Source: Paraspadella gotoi (taxonomy: Eukaryota > Animalia > Chaetognatha). From it: 64,000 nt of DNA. Positions 1 to 13,392 of the stretch are shown one piece after another (position 1 is the first letter of the stretch; each line of letters begins with the position of its first letter). The stretch is taken from positions 5,664,035 to 5,728,034 of the forward strand of contig CM119263.1 in the NCBI GenBank assembly GCA_051294375.1. The letters run 5' to 3'. A program made the translations under genes and the position numbers. The notes below the pieces were generated by a model that was given only the letters and a program-made list of their open reading frames with translations, ran no database searches and was not told the origin of the DNA.

Positions 1-70
<70 letters not shown>
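1..70. repeat. (AG)n microsatellite, truncated by window start
   Basis: Perfect AG dinucleotide run. Confidence 0.97.
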
Positions 71-73
<3 letters not shown>

Positions 74-899
74 CACTCAAACAGCGGTATCTCGTGGGAA
101 TCTAGAGAGAAAGAGAGAGTGAGTGAGTGAGAGAGAGAAAACTTTGAATAAGGGGAGAATAAACATAAGGCCTGAGACGAAAGGGTCGGCCGTTCGAGGG
201 CGCGAGGGAGCGAGACGCGTTGTTGTTGTTGTTGTTGTTATTGTCTCTCGTGGAAAAAACAAAAGAGCATCATTCATATTCATTAAATTTCTCTCCCTTT
301 TTTTCGTTTCTTTGTTCTCAAAGTTTTTTAAATTTTCAACGTAATAAAGTTATCAGCCTTCCTCTCCCTCTCTCTCTCTCTGCTCTCTCTCTCTCTCTCC
401 TCTCCTTTCTCTCTCTACTTCTCTCTCTCTCTCTCATCGCTTATCTCTCTCTCCTGTAGCCCCTCCGTTTCCGTCCTTCATCATTTTTAAAAAATCGATT
501 TTAAAAAACAAAGTCGTGACACATAGAGTTCCAAAAGAGAGAGAGCGAAGAGAGAGAGAGGGAGACGAGACGAGAGACGAGAGATGAGAGACGACGGAAA
601 GAGAAAGAGGAGAGGGAGAGGACGAAGAGAGAGAGAGAGAGAGGAGACGCTGTCAGGGGTGAACCAATCGAGAGAGGGTGCGAGGGATGGGAGATTGAGG
701 GGTCGCATGATCTGATAGCGGGGTGGCGCTGTCGTGAAAAAATCTCAAGTGAGGAACAAATCGAGTCAGATTCAACGCGCGAGAAAAGAGAGAATAACAA
801 TTTTGATATGGAAATCAAATTCGGATTAATTTTTTTTTAGTTACGGAGCAAAAGGTCATTTGGTGAGGATGAGAGAGAAATCTAAAAGAGAGGGGGAAG

Positions 900-1275
900 G
901 GGTAGGCATGCCCGAAGTGAGATGTGGCGGGCGGCAGCGTCGGGCGGCAGCGGCGGGCGGCGGGCGGCGGGCGGCGGGCGGCGGCGAAGATGTTCAGTCG
1001 CTTCGTTGTGACGAGTTTGACTTGAGATTCGAAGGAATTCGATTCCCCGCGGGGTTGGGTGGGGGGGGGAGGAAAGTGGGGTAAGGGGCAAATGGAAAGG
1101 GTGAGGGGGCGAACGGCGGGGCGGTGATTGGTCCCCTCGGTGCCAGTTTTGATCAGAAGGTCGGCAGCGCGGGTCGGCAGCGCGGGTCGGCAGCGCGGGG
1201 CGTCACTGCGGGCGTCGCAAAAAACGACGAGGTCAAAATAGATAAAACGACCTTCGGCCTAAAATGTCGTCGTCG

Positions 1276-1314
<39 letters not shown>

Positions 1315-1320
1315 TTCCTA
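900..1320. promoter_or_regulatory. GC/CpG-rich island with GC-box and inverted CCAAT
   Basis: (GGCGGGC)n at ~945-985, GGGGCGG followed by TGATTGG at ~1117-1131, 13-bp GGGTCGGCAGCGC x3 at ~1158-1198, (TCG)n at ~1277-1314. Function is inferred only. Confidence 0.3.
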
Positions 1321-1621
1321 TAATTTTCTTATCAAAATGGATCGCGTTTCTCAACCGTGAACGATCCAATTTTTTTTTAATCCTGTTACTTCGACTATGA
1401 GAGATTTTCTGACGTGAATAAAACTTAACATTTTCCCGTGATTCGTTTAGATATTTAAAATACGCGATCATAGTTTAATTTAAGTAATAAAGTAAAAAAA
1501 AAGGGATTCGAACTCCCGTCTTCGTGGGGGAAAAATCTCGAGAGGCGGAAGAGAAAATTGAGAAAACATTGGAAGAAGAAGAAGAAGAAAAAGAAAAAGA
1601 AGAGAAAAATAATAAGAAAAA

Positions 1622-1678
1622 AAGAAGAAAAAGAAAAAGAAAAAGAAAAAGAAAAAGAAAAAGAAAAAGAAAAAGAAA
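1622..1678. repeat. (AAAAAG)n hexanucleotide microsatellite
   Basis: Direct reading of the sequence. Confidence 0.9.
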
Positions 1679-2044
1679 TCTTTTTAGTTTCATTCGCTTA
1701 AAAATCCGTTTCGCGACCAAGAAATCGTGTTGATGCAAACGTAAGAAATCCCTTCGAGAACGACTCTCTCTCTCNNNNNNNNNNNNNNNNNNNNNNNNNN
1801 NNNNNNNNNNNNNNNNNNNNNNNNNNNNNNNNNNNNNNNNNNNNNNNNNNNNNNNNNNNNNNNNNNNNNNNNNNNNNNNNNNNNNNNNNNNNNNNNNNNN
1901 NNNNNNNNNNNNNNNNNNNNNNNNNNNNNNNNNNNNNNNNNNNNNNNNNNNNNNNNNNNNNNNNNNNNNNNNNNNNNNNNNNNNNNNNNNNNNNNNNNNN
2001 NNNNNNNNNNNNNNNNNNNNNNNNNNNNNNNNNNNNNNNNNNNN

Positions 2045-2045
2045 N

Positions 2046-2076
<31 letters not shown>

Positions 2077-3240
2077 AATGGTGAAAACAAAACATTGAAG
2101 GATGAGATAAAAATTCAGCGAAAAAAACATTGAAAGCGAAAAAAAAGGGGAAAAATAATCTTTAAAACGAATATTTCTCTGTATCTTCATTTAAAACGGT
2201 GACCGCTGTAAAAGGTGTAAGAGACAACGAAAAAGAATTAAAAAAGAGAACGAGACTGACCGACTATTCAATCGAAAACAAACTCAATTAGATCCCTCAT
2301 CTAAAAATGATATTTTCATATGAATCTCTGCCAATTCATACATTTATTTCCCGTTAACTTAATTGAGAGATGGGTCCGATTCGCATCCACTTTTCCAAGA
2401 AATCGACTGATTTTTCGAAAGAACAATTTGCGAAAATGTCGGATGCAGCGATGGCGGTGGCGGCGGCAGCGGCAGCGGTGGCGGCGGTGGCGGCCGCAGC
2501 GGCGNNNNNNNNNNNNNNNNNNNNNNNNNGAGCAGAGAGAGACGACAATGAGGGAACAATGGATGATTGAAACAATAACAATTGATCAGAGCTGGACATC
2601 GCACTAGATAAGAAAAATTCACTGCGAAATAATAAATTATAATACATTGAATGACGAAAAAAATAATCAAACAAAAAGTGGGCAAAATAGTAACGAATAA
2701 AATAACGTGCTTTATTTTTAAAACCGTAATACTTTCTTCTTGGTATCTTCATTTCATTTAAAACGCTTATGTACCCCCGGCCTTTTGCTCTAACAAGGCA
2801 TGTAATACGAGAAGACAACGATAAAAGATATTAAAAAAACGATGAACGGAGCAACTGAACCGCATCTATTTTCAATACGCACAATACGAAAGCTACAATT
2901 AGTTATGATCACCCTTCATCTCAAAAAATGAATAACTTTTCATAATGAATCCCTTGCCCATATTCACTTCTTACATTTTTATTTCCCGGTCTAAACTTAA
3001 TTTTTGAGAGAAAACATGGTAGGTCCAGATTCCAGCAGCTATCACGTTTTCCCGAAGAAAAAGAAAATCGAACTAAGATTTTATCGAATCAAGAAACCCA
3101 AATTTGCTCGAAAAACTGTACAGGAAACTGACAGCCTGACTCACTGGCTGGTGCTCAACGGCATAGCTATGACCGCTCTCCAGTGCCAGTAGCTGGCAAG
3201 CGTGGACCGGGCTGGTGGCAGGGCCGCAGCCGGATCGCCG
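2045..3240 (+). repeat. Tandem duplication: 2045-2504 repeated as an insertion-riddled copy at 2530-3240
   Basis: Colinear shared words, e.g. tttaaaacg, tcatct(c)aaaaatga, tttcata(a)tgaatc, tttatttcccg, aacttaatt, aatttgc..gaaaa. The second copy is about 1.5x longer and the two are separated by a ~25-N gap. Confidence 0.85.
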
Positions 3241-3938
3241 GATTTATCGGTTCCTTCGAAGATGCAAATTTTGCCACCCGGATAAGAGAGAAAAAAAGAA
3301 TAGAATGGCAGGGATAGAAAACACTTGCCTGAGCTTTCGATTACCTATTACAGTGACCCCCGCAAAAACACCCAGTGCCATCGCCAATCTTTTTCTTCTC
3401 TCTACTCTCTCTCTCTCTTCTCTCTCTCTTCTCGTTCTCTCATCATCTCTCCTCCTCTCCCTCCTCTCTCTCTCTCTCATCTCTTCTCTTCTCTTCTCAT
3501 CTCTTCTCTCTTCTCTCTGTCACCTTTATTCTTTCCTATTTTTATCTTTCTCTCTCCCACTCTCTCTCTCACTCCTCGTCCTCAAAAGAAAACGACCGAT
3601 TTTTTAGTTTCTCATTTCACATTTCTGAGAAAAAAAAGGTTGAAGAAGAAGATAAAGGGCTAAGGGTTAAAAATTAGGAGGGCGAAGATTGAAAAAAAAA
3701 ACCCAAGCAATGATAAACCTATTTAGAATACAATAAGAACAAGAAAACAACAAGAATAAACAAAACAGTAACAGCAAAAATAACAACAACAACTATAAAT
3801 ACAACAACAACATCGTCGGCGTTTTTCCCCTCGCATCTTTAACGTAATATATGACTTATGAGGGAAAAATAAAAGTGATAAGGAAAATGGAACGGCGCTT
3901 GGAATATGAGGGGGAGTGGAGCGGGGAAAGGTGAGACA

Positions 3939-4061
<123 letters not shown>

Positions 4062-5669
4062 GCCTTCAAGAGAAAGGAGGTTGTATGAACGGGATTTATC
4101 ACCGCGAAAAATCCTGAAGTAGCCCGAGAGAAGCGGAGCGAAATGTGCCAGATCGGGCACAGGAGGGGCGTGAATGGCCCGTGCCTTTCGGGCTGAGGAG
4201 AGGACCGACTTTTAGGTTCCGAAAACATCTTTCTTTCCTCTAGTTACAATATCGCAAAATCAAAATATCACAAATTCACAATGTGAAAATGTCTCAATTT
4301 AATTTAGTTTTCCTCGCTCGTTTTCAAATTAACTTTTGCCTGATCCTCAAATTTGGCCTCACCCCCGATTATTTTTCCCCTCACGCACACCCTGTTCCAG
4401 CGGCGACTCGCACGCATCTTCCTACTTCTTTCTCTTGACCCTCCTTCTGTTTCAACCCCACGTGTTTCTTCTTCTCAGATCGAATTTTCGAGTCTCCAGA
4501 GACTTTCGCTTCCAGAGTCTGACTTGACTTTCAATCTTGGCTTGATGAACGGTTTCAGCCTCTTCTCTCTCTCCCTCTCTATATCTCTCTTCTCTCCCTC
4601 TCTATCTCTTCTCTCTCTCTCTATCGTTCTTCTCTTACTCTCAATATCTCCTCTTTCCTTCCCTATCTATCCTCTTCCCCTCTTTTTATCTTTTCTCTCC
4701 TCTTGCATTTATATACGCATATCCTCACTCCCGTTACCTTGACTGGCGNNNNNNNNNNNNNNNNNNNNNNNNNGCGGTTCCTGCCGATCACCGCCCGTCC
4801 TTTCTCCTTCTGCTAGTCTCTCGTCCGCGGCCTCTCTTATCTCTTCTCCTTTTCTTCTCCCACTTCTCGTCTCTCTCTCTCGTCATCTCTCTCTCTCTCC
4901 CTCGTCGTCTCTCTCTCCATCGGTCGTCCGCTCCTCATCTGTCCGTCTCTCTCTCTCTCTCTCCCATGCCGTCTCTCTCATCGTCGTCGTCCTCTCTCTC
5001 AGGTCCTCTTTCCTCTCCGTCCTCCGCGATCCCAGTCGGGCCCGATCGTAGTTTCTCTTCTCTCCTCGGTATCTTTTGTTCTCCCTCTCTCTCGTAGTCT
5101 ATCTCTCGGTCTCTCTAGTCCCCTCTCGTTCATCATCCTCTCTCATCCTCCTCTTCTCTGCTATCTCTGCATCTGTCACGGTAGGAAAGAAGTGAAACAC
5201 GTAGGAAGAAGTCGAAAAGGAATTGAAGTTCTAGGTTTGTCGGCTCAAAGGGGGCAGGAATGTCGGCAAGAAAGAATGAATGCGTCGGCTAAGAGGGGAG
5301 ATGACCGCTGGGGTTCGTTACCGACTGGACAGAAGAATCGGCCAAACGTGGTGAGGGTTTGACGGAGAGAGAATAGGAGAAGAGGAGAATAAGAGAATAG
5401 GAGAACATGAGATTAGGAGAGAGGATTCGAAAAAAATAGTCACTAGGTTTAGGAAGAAAATAAAAAAAGTAAAGGATTAAATATATATTATTTTCTCTTT
5501 TGATATAGCAAAAAAGCCACTGTATTTCTGTGGCATCTTTGAGGCATCTCTGCATTATTATCTCTTCGGAATCTCTCCTACATCTTTGTGACATCAATGC
5601 AGCATCAGTGAAGCATCAACTCAAAAGGAAATTTTGAGAAATCGAACGTAATGGCGATTTTCTTTTTTC

Positions 5670-6240
5670 CCGTCTCCTCCTCCTCCTCCTCCACCTCCTC
5701 TCATTCTTCCTCCTCCTCCTCATCTTTCTCCTCTTCCTCCTCCTTCTTCACACCTTTTATTCCTTCTTCCTCGTCCTCCTCCTCTTTCTCCTCCTCCTCT
5801 TCCTCTTCCGCCCTCGAAAATCTTCATCTCTCTCAAGAGTCTCCTCCTCGATTCCTTCTGGATTTTTCGCTTCTTTGCTCCACTTAGTTCCTCCCTTTCT
5901 TCCTCTCTCCTCCTTTTCTTCCTCTCTCCTGTCTTTCTTCCTCTCTCTTCTCTTACTTCCTCTCTCATCTTTTTCTTCCTCTCTCCTCTCTTACCTCCTA
6001 TCTCCTCTCTTCCCTCGTCTCTCCTCTCTTACTTCCTCTCTCCTCCCTTTCTTCCTCTCTCATCTCCTTCTTCATTTCTCTTCCCTTTCTTCCTTTCTCT
6101 TCCCTTTCTTCCTCTCTCCTCCCTTTCTTCTTCTTCTCTCTTCCCTTTCTTCTTCTCCTTTTCCTTTCTCCTCTCTTCTTCCTTTTCCCCTCACTCTTCC
6201 CTTCACTCATCTGTCCTTCCTCCCTCCCTCTCTTCTCTAG
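5670..6240. repeat. Polypyrimidine low-complexity tract (CCT/CTT/CT mosaic)
   Basis: Almost purely C/T on the + strand. Confidence 0.9.
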
Positions 6241-6954
6241 ATAAAAAAAAAGCGAAAAAAGAGAGANNNNNNNNNNNNNNNNNNNNNNNNNNNNNNNNNN
6301 NNNNNNNNNNNNNNNNNNNNNNNNNNNNNNNNNNNNNNNNNNNNNNNNNNNNNNNNNNNNNNNNNNNNNNNNNNNNNNNNNNNNNNNNNNNNNNNNNNNN
6401 NNNNNNNNNNNNNNNNNNNNNNNNNNNNNNNNNNNNNNNNNNNNNNNNNNNNNNNNNNNNNNNNNNNNNNNNNNNNNNNNNNNNNNNNNNNNNNNNNNNN
6501 NNNNNNNNNNNNNNNNNNNNNNNNNNNNNNNNNNNNNNNNNNNNNNNNNNNNNNNNNNNNNNNNNNNNNNNNNNNNNNNNNNNNNNNNNNNNNNNNNNNN
6601 NNNNNNNNNNNNNNNNNNNNNNNNNNNNNNNNNNNNNNNNNNNNNNNNNNNNNNNNNNNNNNNNNNNNNNNNNNNNNNNNNNNNNNNNNNNNNNNNNNNN
6701 NNNNNNNNNNNNNNNNNNNNNNNNNNNNNNNNNNNNNNNNNNNNNNNNNNNNNNNNNNNNNNNNNNNNNNNNNNNNNNNNNNNNNNNNNNNNNNNNNNNN
6801 NNNNNNNNNNNNNNNNNNNNNNNNNNNNNNNNNNNNNNNNNNNNNNNNNNNNNNNNNNNNNNNNNNNNNNNNNNNNNNNNNNNNNNNNNNNNNNNNNNNN
6901 NNNNNNNNNNNNNNNNNNNNNNNNNGAGATCGTCTGACGATTCCCCGATCGACG

Positions 6955-7060
6955 ATTGGTCGACGCCTGGTCGGGGGATAAGAGTCGAAGCCTGATTGGT
7001 CGAAACGATGAAACCTTATCTGATTGGACGAGATGTTCGAAAACTACGGCTTCTGATTAG
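6955..7060. promoter_or_regulatory. Cluster of inverted CCAAT (NF-Y-like) boxes
   Basis: GATTGG(T/A)CG with ATTGG at 6955, 6995 and 7023, plus a variant GATTAGTCG at ~7055. Spacing is 28-40 bp in a CpG-rich context. Confidence 0.35.
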
Positions 7061-7743
7061 TCGGTCCGTCCGGGCGATGGGAGGAACTTCCCGAGTCCCT
7101 CGAGTTGACCGCCGACAGAAGCGGCCGAGAAATCCGGACGGAATTTCGGCCGAAAGTTACAGTCTCTATCTCGCTCTCACTCTTACTCTCTCTCTCGCTC
7201 TCGCTCGCAGAACCGAAGTAATCGATTCCTAGGGATTTGTATCTCTCTTCACCTTGCGTGAGCCGATGGGTTTTAGATTTGGCTNNNNNNNNNNNNNNNN
7301 NNNNNNNNNNNNNNNNNNNNNNNNNNNNNNNNNNNNNNNNNNNNNNNNNNNNNNNNNNNNNNNNNNNNNNNNNNNNNNNNNNNNNNNNNNNNNNNNNNNN
7401 NNNNNNNNNNNNNNNNNNNNNNNNNNNNNNNNNNNNNNNNNNNNNNNNNNNNNNNNNNNNNNNNNNNAAAAACCCTTGCGACCTTCAATCAAGACAAAAG
7501 ACTTTTTTTCGCTCCAATATATTTTCTCTTCAAACCCCCAGATGTCGTTTCGACGCGACGGGGATTTCAAATTTGACGGACGACGACGACGACGACGACG
7601 AAGACGACGACGAGTCCTGATCTCAACTCAGCCGAGGTCATCCTCAATCAAGGATATCGCGTTTGGTGCTTGGTGTTCGATGTTTTGTGATTGGTTGGGG
7701 GGTCGATTTGGAATGGGGTGCTTTCCCAGGTGGTTAAAGACTT

Positions 7744-7778
<35 letters not shown>

Positions 7779-8417
7779 NNNNNNNNNNNNNNNNNNNNNN
7801 NNNNNNNNNNNNNNNNNNNNNNNNNNNNNNNNNNNNNNNNNNNNNNNNNNNNNNNNNNNNNNNNNNNNNNNNNNNNNNNNNNNNNNNNNNNNNNNNNNCT
7901 CCATAGGTTTCTGGGGACCTCAGCGGTTGCGAGGGGGCATCGCCGTCGGTCGAGCGACGAGGGATTGCGTCTCCTCGGGCGAACGAGTTGCTATGGGAAC
8001 GCGTCTTGCGTCTTTCGCTCGGATGCGCCTCGAAGATTAAACGAAGACCCGACGGTGAGGAATTCACGTGAGGTTTGAGTCGTTGGAGTGAAAGGCATCA
8101 CGAGGGACATCCGGGGGCGAACGTCCCGGTGGATGTTTTTTTTTCGATTAATCCTTTTCAATATTTAATATTGACAATAACTATTGATATTTAATCATTA
8201 TATTTGTTTATTCTATAAATTTGTTAATATTCTACCATTGACTATAATCCAACTCGTTCTTTCTTTCTTTCTTTCTTTCNNNNNNNNNNNNNNNNNNNNN
8301 NNNNNNNNNNNNNNNNNNNNNNNNNNNNNTCTTTCTTTCTTTCTTTCTCTCTTTCTTTCTTTCTTCTCTTTCTTTCTTTCATTCCCTCAATTCCTTTCTC
8401 TCTGAATATGTCCTCAG

Positions 8418-8520
8418 GCTCTGCTCATCGACATTGGTCTTCATTCTGCCGTCCATCTGCATCAAAGCAACTTCCCGGCCTAACGACGTCATCAACCGAC
8501 GATTCATCATCTCGGAAAAG
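8418..8520 (+). CDS. Candidate internal coding exon (SAHRHWSSFCRPSASKQLPGLTTSSTDDSSSRK), phase-compatible with 15025-15161
   Basis: Pyrimidine tract and cctcag acceptor at 8417, AAG|GTAAAC donor at 8520/8521, complex non-repetitive sequence. The frame is open and also has an in-frame ATG at 8408. No homology recognised. Confidence 0.2.
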
Positions 8521-8560
8521 GTAAACAACTCCATCTCGTCCTGTCGTCGTCGTCGTCGTC

Positions 8561-8574
8561 GTTTCCATGGCAAC
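8561..8574. promoter_or_regulatory. RFX X-box motif GTTTCCATGGCAAC
   Basis: 14-bp match to the RFX X-box consensus GTYNCY-AT-RGNAAC. Binding is not shown. Confidence 0.45.
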
Positions 8575-9782
8575 TCGTCCACTTAGTCACGGCAAAGATC
8601 ACAATAAAGGATTCAAGGATGAGACTCTCGAGATATTTGGAGGCAATGAGGTCATTTGCAATTTCATGTCGCGACTGATGACCGCAACATTTTTTTTTGT
8701 TTTAGAAAAATCTTGATCGAAAATATTAAAGATTTGAAAACGATTTTAATACAGTTAATATAATGAAAACAAAACTTACGGCTTTTTGTTTAAAATTTAC
8801 TGTCTCTTTTAAAAAAAGAAAGAAAAGCTCGTCTTACCTGTGATCCGTAGATGAGATCGGCAAAGGAAAGGAAATGGAAATAGGGGAGGAAAAAAGAAAG
8901 AAAAATTTCATTAGAAAAAAGAAAAGAAAAAAAAAAGTTTTTGATGTTGAAAAACGAGAAAATTCGGGAACTCGAAAAACCACTCGACGAAATTGGAGGC
9001 GAAATAAAGTTTTTTCGCGGTTTTTCGAATTGGACCGACAGACCGACAGACCGACCGACTTTGGCGGCTTAATGGACTGAATTGATGGATGACGTTTATT
9101 TCCATCGCGAGACAGAGTAGGAGAGAGGGGAAGAGAGATAGAGTGATGGAGACAGAGAGAGGAAAGGGGTTTTTTTTTTNNNNNNNNNNNNNNNNNNNNN
9201 NNNNNNNNNNNNNNNNNNNNNNNNNNNNNNNNNNNNNNNNNNNNNNNNNNNNNNNNNNNNNNNNNNNNNNNNNNNNNNNCGAGGAGAGGCGAGGAAAGAA
9301 AAACCGCGAAAAAAGGATTTATGTCTTATATGAGAAGGAAAGAGAGGAACGTGATAAAATAAGTGATAAAGGAAAGAAGGAAAGGAGGAAAGAAAAAAGG
9401 AAAGAAAAAGGAAAGAAAATTAAGATGAGAATAAAAAAGAAATAAATTATCTCCATTTTTCGTCGAAAAAGAAAAAAAATTGATCCGTGATTCAAAGGAG
9501 GAAAGAAAAGAAAAACTGATGGGAGTAAAGAAAAGGGAGGAAAAGAGGAAAACGAATCGCGACAATAATCAATATTTTAGTTTGACATGAGCTAATTCTT
9601 AGAAATTGATATGAATTACGTAAGTATACGAAGAGATAATAAACTAAAACACCTTTGAGATGGCGTTAATAAAAAAGAAAAGAAAACGATTTGTTAAAAA
9701 AAGGAATCGAAAAAAGAAAAGAAAGAAAATGTAAAAGGAGGAAATTATTCGCGACAAGATGCCAATAAAGGAATGCCGATAC

Positions 9783-9832
<50 letters not shown>

Positions 9833-9853
9833 TCCGCTGCCGCCGCCGTCGCC
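9783..9853. repeat. (CCG)n trinucleotide repeat
   Basis: About 16 perfect CCG units followed by degenerate units. Confidence 0.95.
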
Positions 9854-9963
9854 GATAAAGGACGAAAAACATTAACCGACAAACATTAAAACATTTAATG
9901 ATTTCCGATATAAAAGACGTCGTTTTTTGTTTTCGGGTTTTGTCTCTTTTCCTAGAAAAGTGA

Positions 9964-10035
<72 letters not shown>

Positions 10036-10732
10036 TGGATGGATGGACGGACAGACGAGTGGATTGATGAATGGAGAAATAATTTTGCTTTGTTTAAATC
10101 GATCAAACAGTCGAGGAGAAAAAAAGTTTGAATGAAGAGATAACTTTGGAAAGTGGGAAGGGGCAAATGAATGGAGAGAGAGGAAGTGGGAAGAGAGATG
10201 GGAAAGTCTGATGGGAAGCGAGTGAAATGGGATGTGAGGTGAGGATGGNNNNNNNNNNNNNNNNNNNNNNNNNNNNNNNNNNNNNNNNNNNNNNNNNNNN
10301 NNNNNNNNNNNNNNNNNNNNNNNNNNNNNNNNNNNNNNNNNNNNNNNNNNNNNNNNNNNNNNNNNNNNNNNNNNNNNNNNNNNNNNNNNNNNNNNNNNNN
10401 NNNNNNNNNNNNNNNNNNNNNNNNNNNNNNNNNNNNNNNNNNNNNNNNNNNNNNNNNNNNNNNNNNCGAATTATTCGCGATTTTTCTTCTTCTTTTTTTT
10501 CTTTCGATTTCGTCGTCTTCATTTTCGATGCGAATCGGTCGTCGGGGAAAAAGCCGACACTTTGGACGACATTAGCGCGAGGTCGGCCGACAAAAAACAA
10601 GTGATACAAACGCGGGAGAGAGCGAAATAAAAAAGAGAGAGAGAGCGAGACATAAATTCTGATTCTTGATCAAGAAGAGACCGACAACAAAGCGACGCTT
10701 AGACTGGGGAAAGATAATCAGATATTGCAATG

Positions 10733-10768
<36 letters not shown>

Positions 10769-11265
10769 TTGCATATTAGGCGTCAGGGACGAATAAAAGA
10801 AATGCAAAAGGAAAAGGTTACTTTCGCCTCCGAAAAGAAACAGGAGTGGGCGAGACGAAGGAGGGGAGGTGGCATGGTAGAGGGTGGCATGGGCGGGGCC
10901 CGAGGTTAAGAGGCCAGGGGTTCCGAAGGGGTCCTGACTCGGATCGCAACACGAGGCGCAAAGGGCGAATCTGAGTTTATGATGGTTTTAGAAAAAGAAG
11001 TTGAGCGAAAGAAATACAAGGAGACCGTTTGNNNNNNNNNNNNNNNNNNNNNNNNNNNNNNNNNNNNNNNNNNNNNNNNNNNNNNNNNNNNNNNNNNNNN
11101 NNNNNNNNNNNNNNNNNNTAGGGGAACAGGGGATAGGGAGGAAGGAAATTTGGACTGCTGATAGCCGTAGATGGGCAGATGGATGTATCATTGCAAGTTG
11201 TGGGAACAATTTCAATCAAGTGTATTTAAAAAGAATTCCATGATCATTTGTCGTTCCACTTACGA

Positions 11266-11632
11266 CTCCTTTAAACGGCCCCTCACCACTCCCTTAATCG
11301 GCCACNNNNNNNNNNNNNNNNNNNNNNNNNNNNNNNNNNNNNNNNNNNNNNNNNNNNNNNNNNNNNNNNNNNNNNNNNNNNNNNNNNNNNNNNNNNNNNN
11401 NNNNNNNNNNNNNNNNNNNNNNNNNNNNNNNNNNNNNNNNNNNNNNNNNNNNNNNNNNNNNNNNNNNNNNNNNNNNNNNNNNNNNNNNNNNNNNNNNNNN
11501 NNNNNNNNNNNNNNNNNNNNNNNNNNNNNNNNNNNNNNNNNNNNNNNNNNNNNNNNNNNNNNNNNNNNNNNNNNNNNNNNNNNNNNNNNNNNCGGCCACT
11601 CACCACTCCCTTAAACGGCCACTCACCACTCC
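11266..11632. repeat. 24-bp minisatellite (CGGCCACTCACCACTCCCCTTAAA) spanning an N gap
   Basis: The same unit is present on both sides of the 11306-11592 gap. Confidence 0.8.
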
Positions 11633-11705
11633 TATTTCCTCTCTCTCTCTCGTGGGCGGCGGAAAAATGCGAGCGAGCGACCTTGCTTTGAATTTTAAAA
11701 GGCGG

Positions 11706-11755
11706 GGGAGCGCCTTACCAAATCCAAGGGAGCGCCTTACCAAATCCAAGGGAGC
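11706..11755. repeat. 22-bp tandem repeat GGGAGCGCCTTACCAAATCCAA, ~2.3 copies
   Basis: Direct reading of the sequence. Confidence 0.9.
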
Positions 11756-12923
11756 ACTTAACATATCTTCCTTTTCAAGACTTATAACATTTTGTTTGTC
11801 AATAAACTAACCCTTTGCCTCTGGAGTGGGTGGAAACGGTTCGTGGAAAGATGGGGCCCAGTTGTTTTATTTTGAGGATTTCTTCGGAGGGTTTGGAGAG
11901 GCGGTTGGCGTAGAGACTCTGAGTGAAAGGGAAAAGGAAACCCGAAGTCGATTCGGAAAATGAGGTCATTAAATTCGTGAAGTGATTACTTTCTATTGTG
12001 ATGACTTTTGCGCGAATCCGAGACTGAAATGCAGTTCGTTTAAACTAAATGTGGGACAAGTATTTATATTTGGTCGAAGATATTGAGATAAGTTTTTTCT
12101 CCATATGTGGTGAAAAGGAGTAAAAAGAAAAATAAGGATAAGAAAGGCATAAAAAGAAAGAAAAAGGAGTAGAAAGAAAGGAAAAGGAGTAAGAAAGGGA
12201 AAGGAGTAAGAAAGAAAAGGAAAAAAAGAAAAGGAGGGAAAGAAAGGAACGAGAGTCGCTGGAGTTGACCGATTATGCAAATCGACGAGGAAGAGAAAAA
12301 AAGTAAAAAGGAAAAGGTCTGGATAGATATCTGTAAATAAATTATCTATAGATGAATTATCTATAGATGAATTAGATGGTTAGGAATATGAGGAGTTGAA
12401 AAACGAAAAGATGGGGAAAAACTCAAGAGAGACAAAAAGACAAGCTCAGAGGTATTGAATCCGACAGACGAGCAAACAGACAGACAAAAACACAGACAGT
12501 CAGATAAAAGCCGGTCACAGAGACGAAGAGACAGACGGACAGAATGAAAGAATTTGAAAGATGGCCAGCGAGTTAAATAAAAAAGACAGTCTGACAAACA
12601 GATAAACAGACAGACAGACGGACGGACGGAGAAAGGTCGAGGAGACTCGGTCGAACGGAAGGTTCTACGTGGGCCGATGGCTCCGTCCAAGGGTTTATGA
12701 ATTGTTGACCAATTATGGAAATTAGAAGAGCAAAGAGGCAGATAAGCGTCTGAGGCTGGGCAAAGAAAGGAGAGAGAGAGAGAGAGAGANNNNNNNNNNN
12801 NNNNNNNNNNNNNNNNNNNNNNNNNNNNNNNNNNNNNNNNNNNNNNNNNNNNNNNNNNNNNNNNNNNNNNNNNNNNNNNNNNNNNNNNNNNNNNNNNNNN
12901 NNNNNNNNNNNNNNNNNNNNNNN

Positions 12924-12954
<31 letters not shown>

Positions 12955-13058
12955 AGAGAGTCGAAGAAGGAATGATAGTGGTATGAGAGAAAACTTAAAG
13001 GAAAGAAAAAATAAAAGATACAGTGAAGAGAAATATAAACAAAAAAATAGAAACTTGA

Positions 13059-13090
<32 letters not shown>

Positions 13091-13102
13091 AAAAAAGAAA
13101 AA

Positions 13103-13142
<40 letters not shown>

Positions 13143-13392
13143 ATAAAAGAAAGAAAGAAAAAAAGAAAGAAAGAAAGACGGCGAAGCAACGAAAAAAAAA
13201 ATCCCAAACAAAAAAAAAGTTCCGGGAATAAACATTGGGTTCAGCAGTGACGACTTGTGGCTGTGACAAATGACGAAGAACCTTTGATTGATGGATCGAC
13301 GAGGGAAAGCGGAAGAGAGCGCGACCGGCGCATGCGCGGGAAAACAAAAGAACAGGTCGAGACAAATCGGCGACCGAAAGAGAGAAAAATGG

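Noticed and set aside
4774-5170. Apparent higher-order CT/CGT repeat (also 44058-44600 and 53660-53760)
   Set aside because: It looks like (CT)n or (GA)n corrupted by random single-base insertions. The first two tracts adjoin 25-N gaps, so they are probably read noise.
12361-13365. 334-aa Phe/Ser/Leu-rich membrane-protein-like ORF
   Set aside because: Translation of (TTTC)n and (TC)n repeats plus an N gap.
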